Assembly: GCA_038844785.1 (NCBI GenBank)
Contig: JAWBRA010000003.1
Span: 25,383-89,382 of the forward strand
Origin: Candidatus Caldarchaeum sp.
GTDB lineage: Archaea > Thermoproteota > Nitrososphaeria_A > Caldarchaeales > Caldarchaeaceae
Length of the DNA stretch: 64,000 bases
Direction of reading: 5' to 3'
Position numbers and translations under genes: made by a program. How positions within the stretch are numbered: position 1 is the first letter of the stretch; every line of letters starts with the position of its first letter. The notes under the pieces are model-generated. The model saw only the letters and a program-made list of their open reading frames with translations, was not told the origin of the DNA and did not search any database. This document shows positions 37,730 through 48,019 of this stretch, in pieces.

Positions 37730-39448
37730 GTGGGCTGGATGGATGTCAGAGAGCTCGCCTATAAATGGGCTTTGAAGAATGCAGTTGACCACGGCGGCAA
37801 AGCCTCTGTCAACGCAGTCATGTCAAAAGTTCTCGCCACCGATCCAAGTCTCAAAAATAGATTAGCCGAGGTTAAGAAAGTAGTTGAGGAGGTTGTTGAG
37901 GAGGTAAACTCTCTCCCGATAGATAAACAGTCTTCAATGCTTTCCGAGATGTATCCCGAAGTCGTGGCCAAAGTTGTTGCCGCTACAAAAGCTCTTCCGA
38001 AACTTCCTTCAGCTGTTTACGGCAAAGTTGTTACGCGTCTTCCACCCGAGCCCAGCGGCTACATGCACCTAGGTCACGCTATAGCAGGGTTGATCAACGA
38101 ATACTATGCAAGGATGTACGATGGAAAACTTTGGCTCAGGTTTGAAGACACAAATCCTAGGAGGGTTGAGTTGGTGTTTTACGAAAGTTTTAGGAGAGGG
38201 TATAGATGGCTTGGGATCAGATGGGACTTCGAGAAAAACAACTCCGACGACATGGAGATCTACTATGACTACGCTGGAAAGCTTCTAGAGAAAGGTCTTC
38301 TCTACGCATGTTTTTGCAAGCCTGACGAAATGCATCAGCAGAGGGAGATGATGGCCGGGTGTAAGCATAGGGAACAGGATGTGGGGGAGAACGCTAGGGT
38401 TTGGGACAAGGTTTTGAGCGGCGCCTACCATGAAGGCGAAGTCGCCTTCAGGCTTAAGGGAGTGCTCGACAGCCAAAACACTGCGTTAAGGGACCCAGTC
38501 CTATTCAGGGTAGTCGACCACCCACATCCCTTGAAGGGTAGGGGTTATAGGCTCTGGCCTACATATGATTTTGCGGCGGCAGTCCAAGATGCTTTATGCG
38601 GGGTCACCCATGTTTTAAGAAGCAGTGAGTTCGCCTTCCGCGATGAGCTTCAAAACCTGATAAGACAGCATTTAGGTCTTCCCAACCCTGTCTACGTAGA
38701 GTTTGCACGCTTCGAGTTTAAAGGCGTTCCCACCTCAAAAAGGATAATCAGAGGACTCATAGAGAAGGGCTACGTCCACGGCTGGGACGACCCACGTCTT
38801 TCCACAATCGAAGCAGTTAAGCGAAGAGGTTTGCTTCCTGAAACCCTCCGGGAGTTTACCCTCACCTATGCAGGGGTAACCTATGCAAAGAAAGAATACG
38901 ACTGGAGCCTAGTCTACAGCATTAACCGTAAAATTATAGACAAGCAAGCGCGTAGGTTCTTTTTCGTGAAAAACCCTGTGAAACTTTTTTTGAAAGACTT
39001 TCCAGGGGCTAGGGTGGAAATCCCATATCATCCATCACATGACCTGGGCAGTAGAACATTGGACGTAGGCGACACGGTTTACATCTCAGACGAAGACGCG
39101 GCCGGGCTCAGGAAGGGCGATGTTTTCAGATGCAAGCTGCTGGCGAACGTTAGGGTTATCAATGTTTTGCCGGACATGGTTGTAGGGGAGACATTTGGAA
39201 AAGAGCCTGCGCAAGGCGTTAAGATAATCCAATGGGTTCCAGAGGATTGTTTGAGGGTTAAGGTTTTAAAATATGGGCAGCTTCTCAGGGATGACGGGTC
39301 GTTCAATCCAGAAAGCTTCAAGGAGGTCCACGGATTCGGCGAGAAAAACATAGAGTCGGTGAAGGTTGATGAGGTAGTGCAGTTTGAGAGGTATGGTTTT
39401 TGCCGGCGTGACTCGTCAGAGCTTACGTTTATCTACTGCCATGAGTAA
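37730..39448 (+). CDS. gltX: Glutamate-tRNA ligase
   Basis: RLPPEPSGYMHLGH, RFEDTNP, GWDDPRL, QFERYGF. Confidence 0.95.
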   Translation: MGWMDVRELAYKWALKNAVDHGGKASVNAVMSKVLATDPSLKNRLAEVKKVVEEVVEEVNSLPIDKQSSMLSEMYPEVVAKVVAATKALPKLPSAVYGKVVTRLPPEPSGYMHLGHAIAGLINEYYARMYDGKLWLRFEDTNPRRVELVFYESFRRGYRWLGIRWDFEKNNSDDMEIYYDYAGKLLEKGLLYACFCKPDEMHQQREMMAGCKHREQDVGENARVWDKVLSGAYHEGEVAFRLKGVLDSQNTALRDPVLFRVVDHPHPLKGRGYRLWPTYDFAAAVQDALCGVTHVLRSSEFAFRDELQNLIRQHLGLPNPVYVEFARFEFKGVPTSKRIIRGLIEKGYVHGWDDPRLSTIEAVKRRGLLPETLREFTLTYAGVTYAKKEYDWSLVYSINRKIIDKQARRFFFVKNPVKLFLKDFPGARVEIPYHPSHDLGSRTLDVGDTVYISDEDAAGLRKGDVFRCKLLANVRVINVLPDMVVGETFGKEPAQGVKIIQWVPEDCLRVKVLKYGQLLRDDGSFNPESFKEVHGFGEKNIESVKVDEVVQFERYGFCRRDSSELTFIYCHE

Positions 39449-40499
39449 TTCTTCCGGAATACCATTCTCGTAGTGGGCCTAGCAAAACCTTTGGTGCTTT
39501 TTTGAGATCTTCAACGGTCCTGCATCCCGTAAGGTACATGGCCGTTTTAAGCTCTGTCGAAAACTGGTTGAGCTTTTCCAAGACCCTTTTCTCGGATTCG
39601 GTAGCCGGCTGAAGCAACGGCCTTGCAAAACCAGCCATCGAGGCGCCTAAGGCTATGGTTTTCGCAGCATCTAGACCGGTTCGTAAGCCGCCCGAAGCAA
39701 TTATAGGCTTGTTGGTGACGCTGACGGCTTCTAGAACAGCTGCGGCCGTAGGTATCCCCCACTCTAAAAACACTTCGGCCAATTTCTTCTTCTCAACATC
39801 CCCGATCTCCTCAGCTCTAATCATCTCTATCAGAGTCCAGTTTGTTCCACCGGAGCCCGCCACGTCGAAAGCATCCACGCCCGATTCTTCGCCTCTCGCC
39901 ACAACTTCCCGCGACAGACCGCAGCCTATCTCCTTCAAGATTATCGGTATGGATAGCTCCTTTTTAACCTGCGAAACTATTTTGAAGAAGTTTTTGAACC
40001 TTGCTCGTCCATCTGGCTGGATAAGCTCCTGAAGCGGGTTTACATGTATGAACAGGGCGTCGGCTTCAATCATCTTAACAGCCTTTAAAGCCATTTCCAC
40101 CCCGTTTTCCACGAGCTGGGCCGCGCCTATGTTTCCTATGAGAAAGGCGTCAGGCCCTCGATCCCTAGCAACCCTAAAGGTGTAGGCCGTCTCCGGTTTT
40201 ACAATTCCCGCCCTCTGGCTGCCGACGCCCATAGGTATTTTAAAAACAGCGGCGGCCTCGCCGAGGTTGCCGTTTATCTTCTCCGCCTCAGCCGTGCCGC
40301 CCGTCATCGATTCTATGATAAAGGGGTGGCTAAACCGCCTGCCCAGGAAAGCGGCTTCCGTCCTCAAGTCGTCAGGGTCTATCTCGGGGACAGCTTGATG
40401 CACTAGCTCAACATACTCCAGCCAGCTTGTTTTCCTGAACGAAACATCCCTTTCAAGGCTTATTTTGATGTGGTCGCTTTTACGTGACTCTATACCCAA
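39429..40499 (-). CDS. fni: Type 2 isopentenyl-diphosphate isomerase
   Basis: RKSDHI, MTGG, GSQR, KEIGCG, GGTNW, WGIPTA. Confidence 0.95.
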   Translation of the reverse strand: MGIESRKSDHIKISLERDVSFRKTSWLEYVELVHQAVPEIDPDDLRTEAAFLGRRFSHPFIIESMTGGTAEAEKINGNLGEAAAVFKIPMGVGSQRAGIVKPETAYTFRVARDRGPDAFLIGNIGAAQLVENGVEMALKAVKMIEADALFIHVNPLQELIQPDGRARFKNFFKIVSQVKKELSIPIILKEIGCGLSREVVARGEESGVDAFDVAGSGGTNWTLIEMIRAEEIGDVEKKKLAEVFLEWGIPTAAAVLEAVSVTNKPIIASGGLRTGLDAAKTIALGASMAGFARPLLQPATESEKRVLEKLNQFSTELKTAMYLTGCRTVEDLKKAPKVLLGPLREWYSGRITHGSR

Positions 40500-41282
40500 T
40501 TAAGCCACCAACACAGTTCCTACTACCGGCTCCCCTTTTATAGCCGCTTCAACCCTGCCCTCAGCCAAGCCGTTAACGATGGTTACCTTAACCCCGGCTC
40601 TGACGGCTTGGAAAGCTGTTTCAATTTTGTAAAACATCCCGCCCGTCACGTCCTCGCCCTCAACACCGCTGTAGTAAATTGTCGCATGCTTCCTGTAGTC
40701 CAGTTTGGGGATGAGCTTTCTCTCCTTCGTTGTCCTGTCGTATTCGTAGACTCCGTCGACGTCTGTTGCGAAGACAATTCGTGAGGCTTTCAACGCTTTC
40801 GCCAAGTAAACAGCTATATCGTCCCCTGAGAGAATGGCAAACTTCATCTCTCTGTCAAAGGTTGCGTCACCACAAGTAACCGGTATAACCCCTAGGTCTA
40901 AGGCAGAAAATATAAGGTTCAGATGGGCTGTTTCGATCACTTCTTTCCTTGTTACAAACAGCATTGACGCTGGAATTCCAACAGCCCCAATCCCAGTCTC
41001 AATAAGGCATTCGGTCACCATATGATTGAGCGTCTTCACCGATTGAAGCGTCTTTACAAAACCCTCCAGCTGTCTCTGCTCCCTGAATCCCTCGTTCAAA
41101 CGATACTGCATGGCTATCGGATGTCCGAACGAGCCTGCTCCATGCACTATGGCTAGGGGTATTGGCCAACAGCGTGCTACCTCACGGCTAATCCTTTCCA
41201 TAACATCTTTTCTGAATACCTTCTCGCCTTTCTTGTCTGTTATGACCGAGCCGCCGATCTTGAGGATCACAAGCCCCTTCAT
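40500..41282 (-). CDS. ipk: Isopentenyl phosphate kinase
   Basis: KIGGSVIT, HGAGSFGH, SGDD, DVTGGM. Confidence 0.93.
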   Translation of the reverse strand: MKGLVILKIGGSVITDKKGEKVFRKDVMERISREVARCWPIPLAIVHGAGSFGHPIAMQYRLNEGFREQRQLEGFVKTLQSVKTLNHMVTECLIETGIGAVGIPASMLFVTRKEVIETAHLNLIFSALDLGVIPVTCGDATFDREMKFAILSGDDIAVYLAKALKASRIVFATDVDGVYEYDRTTKERKLIPKLDYRKHATIYYSGVEGEDVTGGMFYKIETAFQAVRAGVKVTIVNGLAEGRVEAAIKGEPVVGTVLVA

Positions 41283-42232
41283 ACCTCCTCTCTCACCCCT
41301 TTGCAGCCGGTCTCAGTTGTCCAGAAGCTTGGAAAATAGTCGGAAAGGTGTTTTGCTAGTTCATCATCTCCCACGGCTATTACGCAGCCTCCTCCGCCAG
41401 CTCCAGTTATCTTAGCTCCATAAGCACCTTTCTCCAACAACGTTTCCACAACATTCTCAACAACCATGTTGGAAAGACCTAAACATTTCAACAGCAAGTG
41501 GTTGACAGTCATGAGACGCCCCAACAAGATTAGGTCGTTTGATTTAAGTGCTTCAACAGCTTTTTTGTAAAGCTCAGAGTATATCTCGGTTAATTGTTTG
41601 AACTCATCCGGCCTTTCTGCTGAAAGGTTCTGGACATAGCTTACCATTTTTGAGGTCTTTCTCTTGATCCCGGTGTAGACAATTAATATCTCGGGATGGT
41701 TATCGAGTTTAAGATTTTGGTATTTCCCAGGCCCGTTGTAGAGGAGTGTTCCACCTATTGCGGTTATGTGAGAATCTATACCAGAGGGCCTTCCATGGAA
41801 TTCCTTTTCCGCAAGCATGGAATATTGGATGACAGACTCTATGCTCATGTCGATGTCGTAGAGGGCTGCCAGGGCTTTGGCGAGGGCTACCGAAACAGCT
41901 GCAGAAGACCCTAAACCCGCAGCTCCTGGAATTTCAGAATGGATCTCTGCGTTGAAAAATGATGAAATGCCGAAATCCTCCATTATTTTAGAGGCCATGT
42001 TGAAAAGGGGCTGGAAAGGGGTTGCTTTGGAAGGATATGTCTGCTCGCCTTTACTGCTCCACACGGCCCATGTCTGGCCAGATTTTATCACGAACTTGTC
42101 ATGACTCGGTGTTAACGTTGCTCTTGCACGCATCTTGATGGCTGTAACTATCGCAGGGTAGCCTGAGACGACAAAGTGTTCGCCGAACAGTATTACCTTC
42201 CCAGGAGCTGAGGCCACGGCCTTTTCCTTCAT
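41279..42232 (-). CDS. mvk: Mevalonate kinase
   Basis: APGKVILFGEH, GLGSSAA, HGRPSGID, TGAGGGG. Confidence 0.93.
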   Translation of the reverse strand: MKEKAVASAPGKVILFGEHFVVSGYPAIVTAIKMRARATLTPSHDKFVIKSGQTWAVWSSKGEQTYPSKATPFQPLFNMASKIMEDFGISSFFNAEIHSEIPGAAGLGSSAAVSVALAKALAALYDIDMSIESVIQYSMLAEKEFHGRPSGIDSHITAIGGTLLYNGPGKYQNLKLDNHPEILIVYTGIKRKTSKMVSYVQNLSAERPDEFKQLTEIYSELYKKAVEALKSNDLILLGRLMTVNHLLLKCLGLSNMVVENVVETLLEKGAYGAKITGAGGGGCVIAVGDDELAKHLSDYFPSFWTTETGCKGVREEV

Positions 42233-43080
42233 CGTTGTCCAAGCTCGATTAGGCATGAGGCGTAGCCCACGACAGAATCGTAGTCGCCGCTCGTGTCACC
42301 GCTTGTTGCCTGTTTCAAAACCTTTGCCTCCCTTGCTCCCAACATCTTCGCCGCGGTCAGCAGTGCTGCAACAGCCCCGTAACCGCACATCGTGATGTCA
42401 TACTTCTGCATGGTTGAGTAAAGTTCTTCAACGTTGAGCTTGACTATTTTTTCAAGGGCTTTCTTGTCTTTCTCCAAAACTTCTTCATGCGGCTCATAAT
42501 GTGTGAAGTCGGTGGAAGCTATCATCAGTATGTTTCTTCCATCCACAACCTCAGCCACATCTCTGCCGATCCTAACGCATGTTTCAAGGCTTTGGTCGTT
42601 TATGCATATCGGTACGAAGGAAAAATATTCGTAAATGTACTGGAGGAATGGTAGCTGGACCTCGATGGAATGTTCTCTGGAATGCGATACCTCGTCGAGG
42701 TAGAAAACATCGCTGTGTCCCGCAAGCTGGTTGACCAAGTTTCTGTCTATTGATACTTCACCTAGAGGGGTGAGCCATGAGCCTTCAGGATATATTGAGA
42801 CAGCCGTTCCCACGCCGTAATGGTTGGGGCCGAAGATTATGACGCTGTCGGGCTTGCTGTAGGATGTTAAAACCCCGTATGCGTGGGCGGCGACAGGCCC
42901 CGAATACATGTATCCAGCATGAGGGCAGATAAGAGCTGGGACTCTTAGGTCAGACCATTTGGCGGTAGGTAAAGAGCCGGGACCCAACGGAGAAGTAAAA
43001 CAATCCCTTATCTGTTTGAGCAAAGAATTTTTTGTACCCGCGTAGAAAGCTCCAGCAACAGCTGGTCTACGCTTCGGCAT
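42229..43080 (-). CDS. MEMO1/AmmeMemoRadiSam B family protein
   Basis: RPAVAGAFY, PHAGYMYSG, EHSIEVQLPFLQ, TMCG. Confidence 0.93.
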   Translation of the reverse strand: MPKRRPAVAGAFYAGTKNSLLKQIRDCFTSPLGPGSLPTAKWSDLRVPALICPHAGYMYSGPVAAHAYGVLTSYSKPDSVIIFGPNHYGVGTAVSIYPEGSWLTPLGEVSIDRNLVNQLAGHSDVFYLDEVSHSREHSIEVQLPFLQYIYEYFSFVPICINDQSLETCVRIGRDVAEVVDGRNILMIASTDFTHYEPHEEVLEKDKKALEKIVKLNVEELYSTMQKYDITMCGYGAVAALLTAAKMLGAREAKVLKQATSGDTSGDYDSVVGYASCLIELGQR

Positions 43081-44461
43081 AAGCCCCTCTCACCAGGTTT
43101 CTACTCCTTCTTAAATATCTGCCCCTCCCGGGCTTCGCTACAACCTGACCATCCCTCACCACAACCTCGCCCCTCGAGAAGACAGCCTCTATCCTGCAGT
43201 TAACCTCAACATCCTCGTATATAGAATGGTCGATGTTGCTGTGCAGGTTTTCTTTCGTAAGCCTGGTTTTAGCATTCGGGTCGAGGACGTAGAAGTCGGC
43301 GTCGCCGCCAACGGCGATTAAACCTTTCATCGGATAAAGACCGTAGAGCATGGCCGGGTTTCTGGCTGTCACCTCAACCATTCTTCCAAGCGTAATTCTA
43401 TTTTTCAAAACCCCTTCAGAGAATAGAATCATAGCTATCACCTCCGTGCCCGCCACGCCGCCGGGGATGTCGACAAAGATTTTGTGTTTCAGCTTGTCAG
43501 ATGAGTTGAAACAGGCGTGGTCGCTTCCAACGACGGTTATAGCTCCGCTGCCTAGGCCATCCCATAAAGCTTCCCTGTCTCCGACACCTTTTAAAGGCGG
43601 GGACATGGTAAACTTAGCTCCGTCAGGCCTTTTGTAAACTTCGTCTGTGAAAAGCAGGTAGTGTGGGCACGTCTCTGCATGCATCTTTACACCGTTGTTT
43701 CTTGCTTGGCGAATGAGGTTTAAGCCTGCTCGTGATGAGAGATGCACAACAAGCGTCTCAGCACCCGTTATCTGTGTGAGAAAAGCCATCCGCTGGACAG
43801 CTTCCGCCTCAACAAAATCTGGCCTACTCCAAGCATGATAAATGGGTTCAGTCTTGCCCTCAGAAAGAAAGTTCTCTACAAGCATGTTGATAAGATGCTC
43901 GTTCTCACAGTGAGCTAGGACAAGCACATTATACTCAGCGCACATACGCATTAAACGGTATAATGAGCCATCATCGAGCATCAACCCTCTCTTCGCATAA
44001 GCTGTAAAAACCTTGACGCTGCAAACTCCCTCCTCATTAAAAAGATGTTTAAGACTCTCTAACGTGTCATCTTCCACACGTGTAACAACCATGTGAAGAC
44101 CGTAGTCGACCAAGACTTTACCATCGGCTTCAGCTCTCCTTTTTCTATAATCTTCCAGGTAATTTTTTGTTTCGGGTGTGACGAAGTCTATTATGGTGGT
44201 GACACCCCCACATGCGGCGGCAGAAGTCCCTGTAAAGAAATCGTCAGCGGTATAAAAGTTACCGTCATACTTTAGGTTAAAATGTACATGGCCGTCAACC
44301 ACTCCAGGAAACAGAAGCTTGCCCTTCGCGTCGTATATTGTTTCTGCATGGTCTTCAATGCTACGGGCTATTTTAACAACACGTCCGTCTTCAACGCCTA
44401 TGCAAGCCTCGTAAACGCCGTCAACGGTTACAAGCCTACAGTTCCTTAAAACCAAATCCAT
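43067..44461 (-). CDS. Dihydropyrimidinase/hydantoinase-like cyclic amidohydrolase
   Basis: PGVVDGHVH, GGVTTIIDF, HCEN, ETCPHYL, GSDH. Confidence 0.9.
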   Translation of the reverse strand: MDLVLRNCRLVTVDGVYEACIGVEDGRVVKIARSIEDHAETIYDAKGKLLFPGVVDGHVHFNLKYDGNFYTADDFFTGTSAAACGGVTTIIDFVTPETKNYLEDYRKRRAEADGKVLVDYGLHMVVTRVEDDTLESLKHLFNEEGVCSVKVFTAYAKRGLMLDDGSLYRLMRMCAEYNVLVLAHCENEHLINMLVENFLSEGKTEPIYHAWSRPDFVEAEAVQRMAFLTQITGAETLVVHLSSRAGLNLIRQARNNGVKMHAETCPHYLLFTDEVYKRPDGAKFTMSPPLKGVGDREALWDGLGSGAITVVGSDHACFNSSDKLKHKIFVDIPGGVAGTEVIAMILFSEGVLKNRITLGRMVEVTARNPAMLYGLYPMKGLIAVGGDADFYVLDPNAKTRLTKENLHSNIDHSIYEDVEVNCRIEAVFSRGEVVVRDGQVVAKPGRGRYLRRSRNLVRGAYAEA

Positions 44462-44513
44462 GATCGTTTTCACACAAACATAATAAAGCGGAAATATAAC
44501 GATGTAGTCTGAG

Positions 44514-45395
44514 TTGAGGGCTGTTCCATCCTTCGATGTGTTGACGCCATCATCTCTCGAGGAGGCTTTGCGTATGCTCTCGGAAGACTCTGAAGACACT
44601 GTGGTTTATGCAGGCGGAACAGATCTTATGCCGATGATGCGGCGGGGCAGGATTAAACCCAGGAAGGTTATAGACCTGTCCGGCGTTTCCGAACTCAACT
44701 ATCTCAAGAGAGATGGCGACGTGTTTAGAGCTGGAGCCTTGACAACCATACACGACCTGACTAATTCCCCGTTAATCCCGTCAAACTATCTGTCGATCAA
44801 GTCTTTAGATGTTTATTTTGGGGCTGAGACGACTCGGCACATGGCTACTGTTGGCGGAAACCTTGCATCGGGAGGTGAAAGGGATTTACCAGCAATATTT
44901 ACATCTTTAGACGGGGTTGTAAAAATAGTTTCAGACCATGGTGTGAGGTTTTCACATCCTTTGGAGGTTCAGCTGAAGCCGGCCGAAATCATTTTGGAGG
45001 CTTCTTTCGAAGACTGGGGGGTGAATACTGTCTCATGGTTTACCAAGTTTGAGAAAAGAGCGTCGAACGGTATCGGTGTCGTAACAGCAGCCGTAACTAT
45101 GAAAACTGTAGACAACGTTGTTGATAGACTTCGGATAGTTTTGAACAGGGTTGAGGGAAAGAAGATGGGAAGGCTTTACGAGCTTGAGGAGGAGCTGACG
45201 GGAACCACGCTCTCCAGCCAGCTGGTAAAAGAGGCGGTAGAACGCCATGTGTCGAAAATAAGGCCTGCTTCTGACTTCAGGGCATCTTCAGAGTTCAGAA
45301 AACATGTGTCCAAGGTTTTGGTCAGGCGTGGGCTTGAGTTTTGTTGGCGATACTTAAAAGGTGGCGAAAATGGTGAAAATCGAGTTCATGCTTAA
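44514..45395 (+). CDS. Xanthine dehydrogenase-family FAD subunit (CoxM-like)
   Basis: AGGTDL, ATVGGNL, DFRASSEFR. Confidence 0.9.
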   Translation: MRAVPSFDVLTPSSLEEALRMLSEDSEDTVVYAGGTDLMPMMRRGRIKPRKVIDLSGVSELNYLKRDGDVFRAGALTTIHDLTNSPLIPSNYLSIKSLDVYFGAETTRHMATVGGNLASGGERDLPAIFTSLDGVVKIVSDHGVRFSHPLEVQLKPAEIILEASFEDWGVNTVSWFTKFEKRASNGIGVVTAAVTMKTVDNVVDRLRIVLNRVEGKKMGRLYELEEELTGTTLSSQLVKEAVERHVSKIRPASDFRASSEFRKHVSKVLVRRGLEFCWRYLKGGENGENRVHA

Positions 45396-45834
45396 CGGGA
45401 GTAAGGTGGAGCTGAATGTCAAAGGCAGCGACAGGTTGATTGATGCTCTCTGGCGGCTGGGGATAAGAAGCGTTAAGGAGGGGTGCGGAACAGGTGACTG
45501 CGGCGCCTGCAACGCTCTGGTAGGCAAAAGGCTTGTAAACTCATGCCTGATGCTAGCTGTTCAGGCTCGTGGGAAGGATGTGTGGACTGTCGAAGGGTTG
45601 TGCAAGGATGGGAAACTCCATCCAATCCAGGAAGCGTTGATAAACTACACAGCCTCGCAGTGCGGATACTGTATCCCGGGCATAGTGATGACCGCTAAAT
45701 ACGTTCTGGAAAACTATCCCGGAGCCTCCGAAAATAGAGTTAGACGGGTTTTGATTGCGAACATATGCCGCTGCGGAGGCTACACACGTATTGTCGACGC
45801 AGTCGTGTCCGCTATGGCTGTTTCAGGTAAATGA
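45361..45834 (+). CDS. Xanthine dehydrogenase-family [2Fe-2S] subunit (CoxS-like)
   Basis: GCGTGDCGAC, QCGYC, CRCGGY. Confidence 0.93.
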   Translation: MAKMVKIEFMLNGSKVELNVKGSDRLIDALWRLGIRSVKEGCGTGDCGACNALVGKRLVNSCLMLAVQARGKDVWTVEGLCKDGKLHPIQEALINYTASQCGYCIPGIVMTAKYVLENYPGASENRVRRVLIANICRCGGYTRIVDAVVSAMAVSGK

Positions 45835-48019
45835 GCTGTTTGCCGGCAAGGGCCTCGACGACTTTCTCAGGAGTAATGGGCAGTGATTTTATCCTCACCC
45901 CCAGCGCGTCATAAACAGCGTTGGCTATTGCTGGGGCCGGTCCGTTTATCGCCGGCTCGCCCGCCGTACGTGTGCCGAGGGGATTCATCATGCTCGGATT
46001 CTCGACAACCTCAATCTCGACAGACGGTACGTCGGCGGACGTTGGCACTAGGTAGTCGGCGAAGTTGGGGTTGAGTATTTTATGCTTTTTACCCACAAGC
46101 AGCTCTTCGAGAAGGCCGTACGCGACTCCCTGTGTTAACCCTCCTTCCAACTGCGCGAGGAGATAGTTTCGGTTCACTACACGCCCCACGTCAAACACTC
46201 CAACTAGCTTCTTGAGCCTAACTATTCCAAGCTCTCTGTCCACCTTCACCTTGACGCCAACCACGCCGTAAGTGTACTGGAGGTAGGGTGTGCCCCTTCC
46301 GGTTTCAGGGTTGTAATCGCATTCCGGAAGCTTAAACTCAGCATACTCCCTCACCTCTTCCTTTAGGAGTTCCTTGACAAAAGAGAGCACGTCAAAACGC
46401 AGGCCTTTAGTTTGAGAGGACTCCGCAGCCATGGCTTCCAGCCTTTTCCTCAGCTTCAAAGCAGCCAGCCTTACGGCGTTTCCACCCATCAACGTGGTCC
46501 GCGACGCAAAAGTTCCACCTGAGTCAGGGGCCCTGCTGGTTTCAACCCTTTCAACTATCACACGGTCTTCAGGAACGTTGAGAACTTCAGAGGCGATTTT
46601 AGCCAAGCCTACCGAAGAGCCTGTCCCATACTCCGTCAGCGAGGTACTTACGTAAACGTATCCGTCAGGGGTTATTCTCACAACCGCTGAGGATTTATCC
46701 TCCCCCTCAGGACCCAAGCTGTTACCATGCAGTATGAAAGCTATGCCGTAACCTTCGCCGGCTTCCTTCTTCGAACGTGAAGACCAGCCGAGCATTTCAG
46801 CAGCCTTACTTGCTAAAATATCGTAGACGGGGTTGTCGTTCAAAACAGCCCCCGTTGATGTTTCACAGCCCTGTCTCCAAACGTTTTTGAGTCTAAGCTC
46901 AAGCGGGTCTATCCCAACCTTGTACGCAAGCATGTCCATTAAGGATTCTATGGCAAAATGCACCTGCGGGCAACCGAAACCTCTCATCGAGCCTGCCATT
47001 AGGTTGTTTGTGTAAACCAGATAGGAGTCCACTCTGACGTTTTCTATGACGTACGGTCCTGCGGCGTGTGTGATCGCTCGAAGCATTACCAGAGGGCCAG
47101 CCGAGGCGTATGCTCCGGTGTCGAAGTAAAGGTCTGCATCAAGCGCCTTCAAAGCCCCGTCAGACGTGGCGCCAAGCCTGTAGCGCATTACCGCCGGATG
47201 CCTGTGGGAGTGAGCTATGATGGATTCGTCGCGGCTGTAGATGCATGCAGCAGGCATGCCTGTCTTCAATGCTGCAAGCCCGGCCATTGCACAAACATCC
47301 CACGGTGATTCGTCGGATTTTCCGCCAAACGTGCCGCCTAACGCCATAGCGACAAGATTAATCTTCTCCTTCGGCATCGCTAAGATTCTTGCCACGCCTT
47401 GAAGAACATAGTAGGGGTTTTGAATGCTTCCGTAAATGGTGAGGCTGCCGTCCTTTTCGGTAACAGCGTAAGCTGACTCAGGTTCGATGGATGCAGGTTC
47501 CTGCATCTGAGTCCTGAACTCTTCTTCGACAACTATATCCGATTCTTCGAGACCTTTAATGACGTCTCCTTTCCTTATCTTGTAATGCCGGAGAAGATTT
47601 CCTTGCTCATGTATTCTAGCTGCGTCAGGCTCAAGAGCTTTGAGAGGGTCGTAAACCGGCTCCAACACCTCATACTCTACGAATATGTTTTCGATAGCCC
47701 TGTCCGCAGCCTCCTCGGACGTGGCTACAACCAAAGCCAGCGGGTCTGCGATACATCTAACTTTGGTAGAGGCTAGAAAGGGTCTATCAAGAATAACTGT
47801 GCCTGTAACGTTTTCACCCGGGACATCAGCCGCCGTCAAAATTTTCACGACGCCGGGAATCTTCAAAGCCTTCGAATAATCAATCTTCTTTATTATTGCA
47901 TGAGGATGCTCCGACCTCAGTGCCTTAACTCTCAGCGCGTTTTCCGGTACGATGTCTGCCGTGTATATCGGCTTTCCGCAAACTGCGTCAACCGCTCTGT
48001 GCATCGAGATAGCCTTCAA
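45812..48019 (-). CDS. Xanthine dehydrogenase-family molybdopterin-binding subunit
   Basis: GGTFGGK, MRGFGCPQ, TFASR, AGEP; lacks the CO dehydrogenase AYRCSFR motif. Confidence 0.92.
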   Translation of the reverse strand: MKAISMHRAVDAVCGKPIYTADIVPENALRVKALRSEHPHAIIKKIDYSKALKIPGVVKILTAADVPGENVTGTVILDRPFLASTKVRCIADPLALVVATSEEAADRAIENIFVEYEVLEPVYDPLKALEPDAARIHEQGNLLRHYKIRKGDVIKGLEESDIVVEEEFRTQMQEPASIEPESAYAVTEKDGSLTIYGSIQNPYYVLQGVARILAMPKEKINLVAMALGGTFGGKSDESPWDVCAMAGLAALKTGMPAACIYSRDESIIAHSHRHPAVMRYRLGATSDGALKALDADLYFDTGAYASAGPLVMLRAITHAAGPYVIENVRVDSYLVYTNNLMAGSMRGFGCPQVHFAIESLMDMLAYKVGIDPLELRLKNVWRQGCETSTGAVLNDNPVYDILASKAAEMLGWSSRSKKEAGEGYGIAFILHGNSLGPEGEDKSSAVVRITPDGYVYVSTSLTEYGTGSSVGLAKIASEVLNVPEDRVIVERVETSRAPDSGGTFASRTTLMGGNAVRLAALKLRKRLEAMAAESSQTKGLRFDVLSFVKELLKEEVREYAEFKLPECDYNPETGRGTPYLQYTYGVVGVKVKVDRELGIVRLKKLVGVFDVGRVVNRNYLLAQLEGGLTQGVAYGLLEELLVGKKHKILNPNFADYLVPTSADVPSVEIEVVENPSMMNPLGTRTAGEPAINGPAPAIANAVYDALGVRIKSLPITPEKVVEALAGKQLIYLKQP

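Noticed and set aside
45812-48019. Aerobic CO dehydrogenase CoxL
   Set aside because: The active-site loop is GSMRGFG, not AYRCSFR
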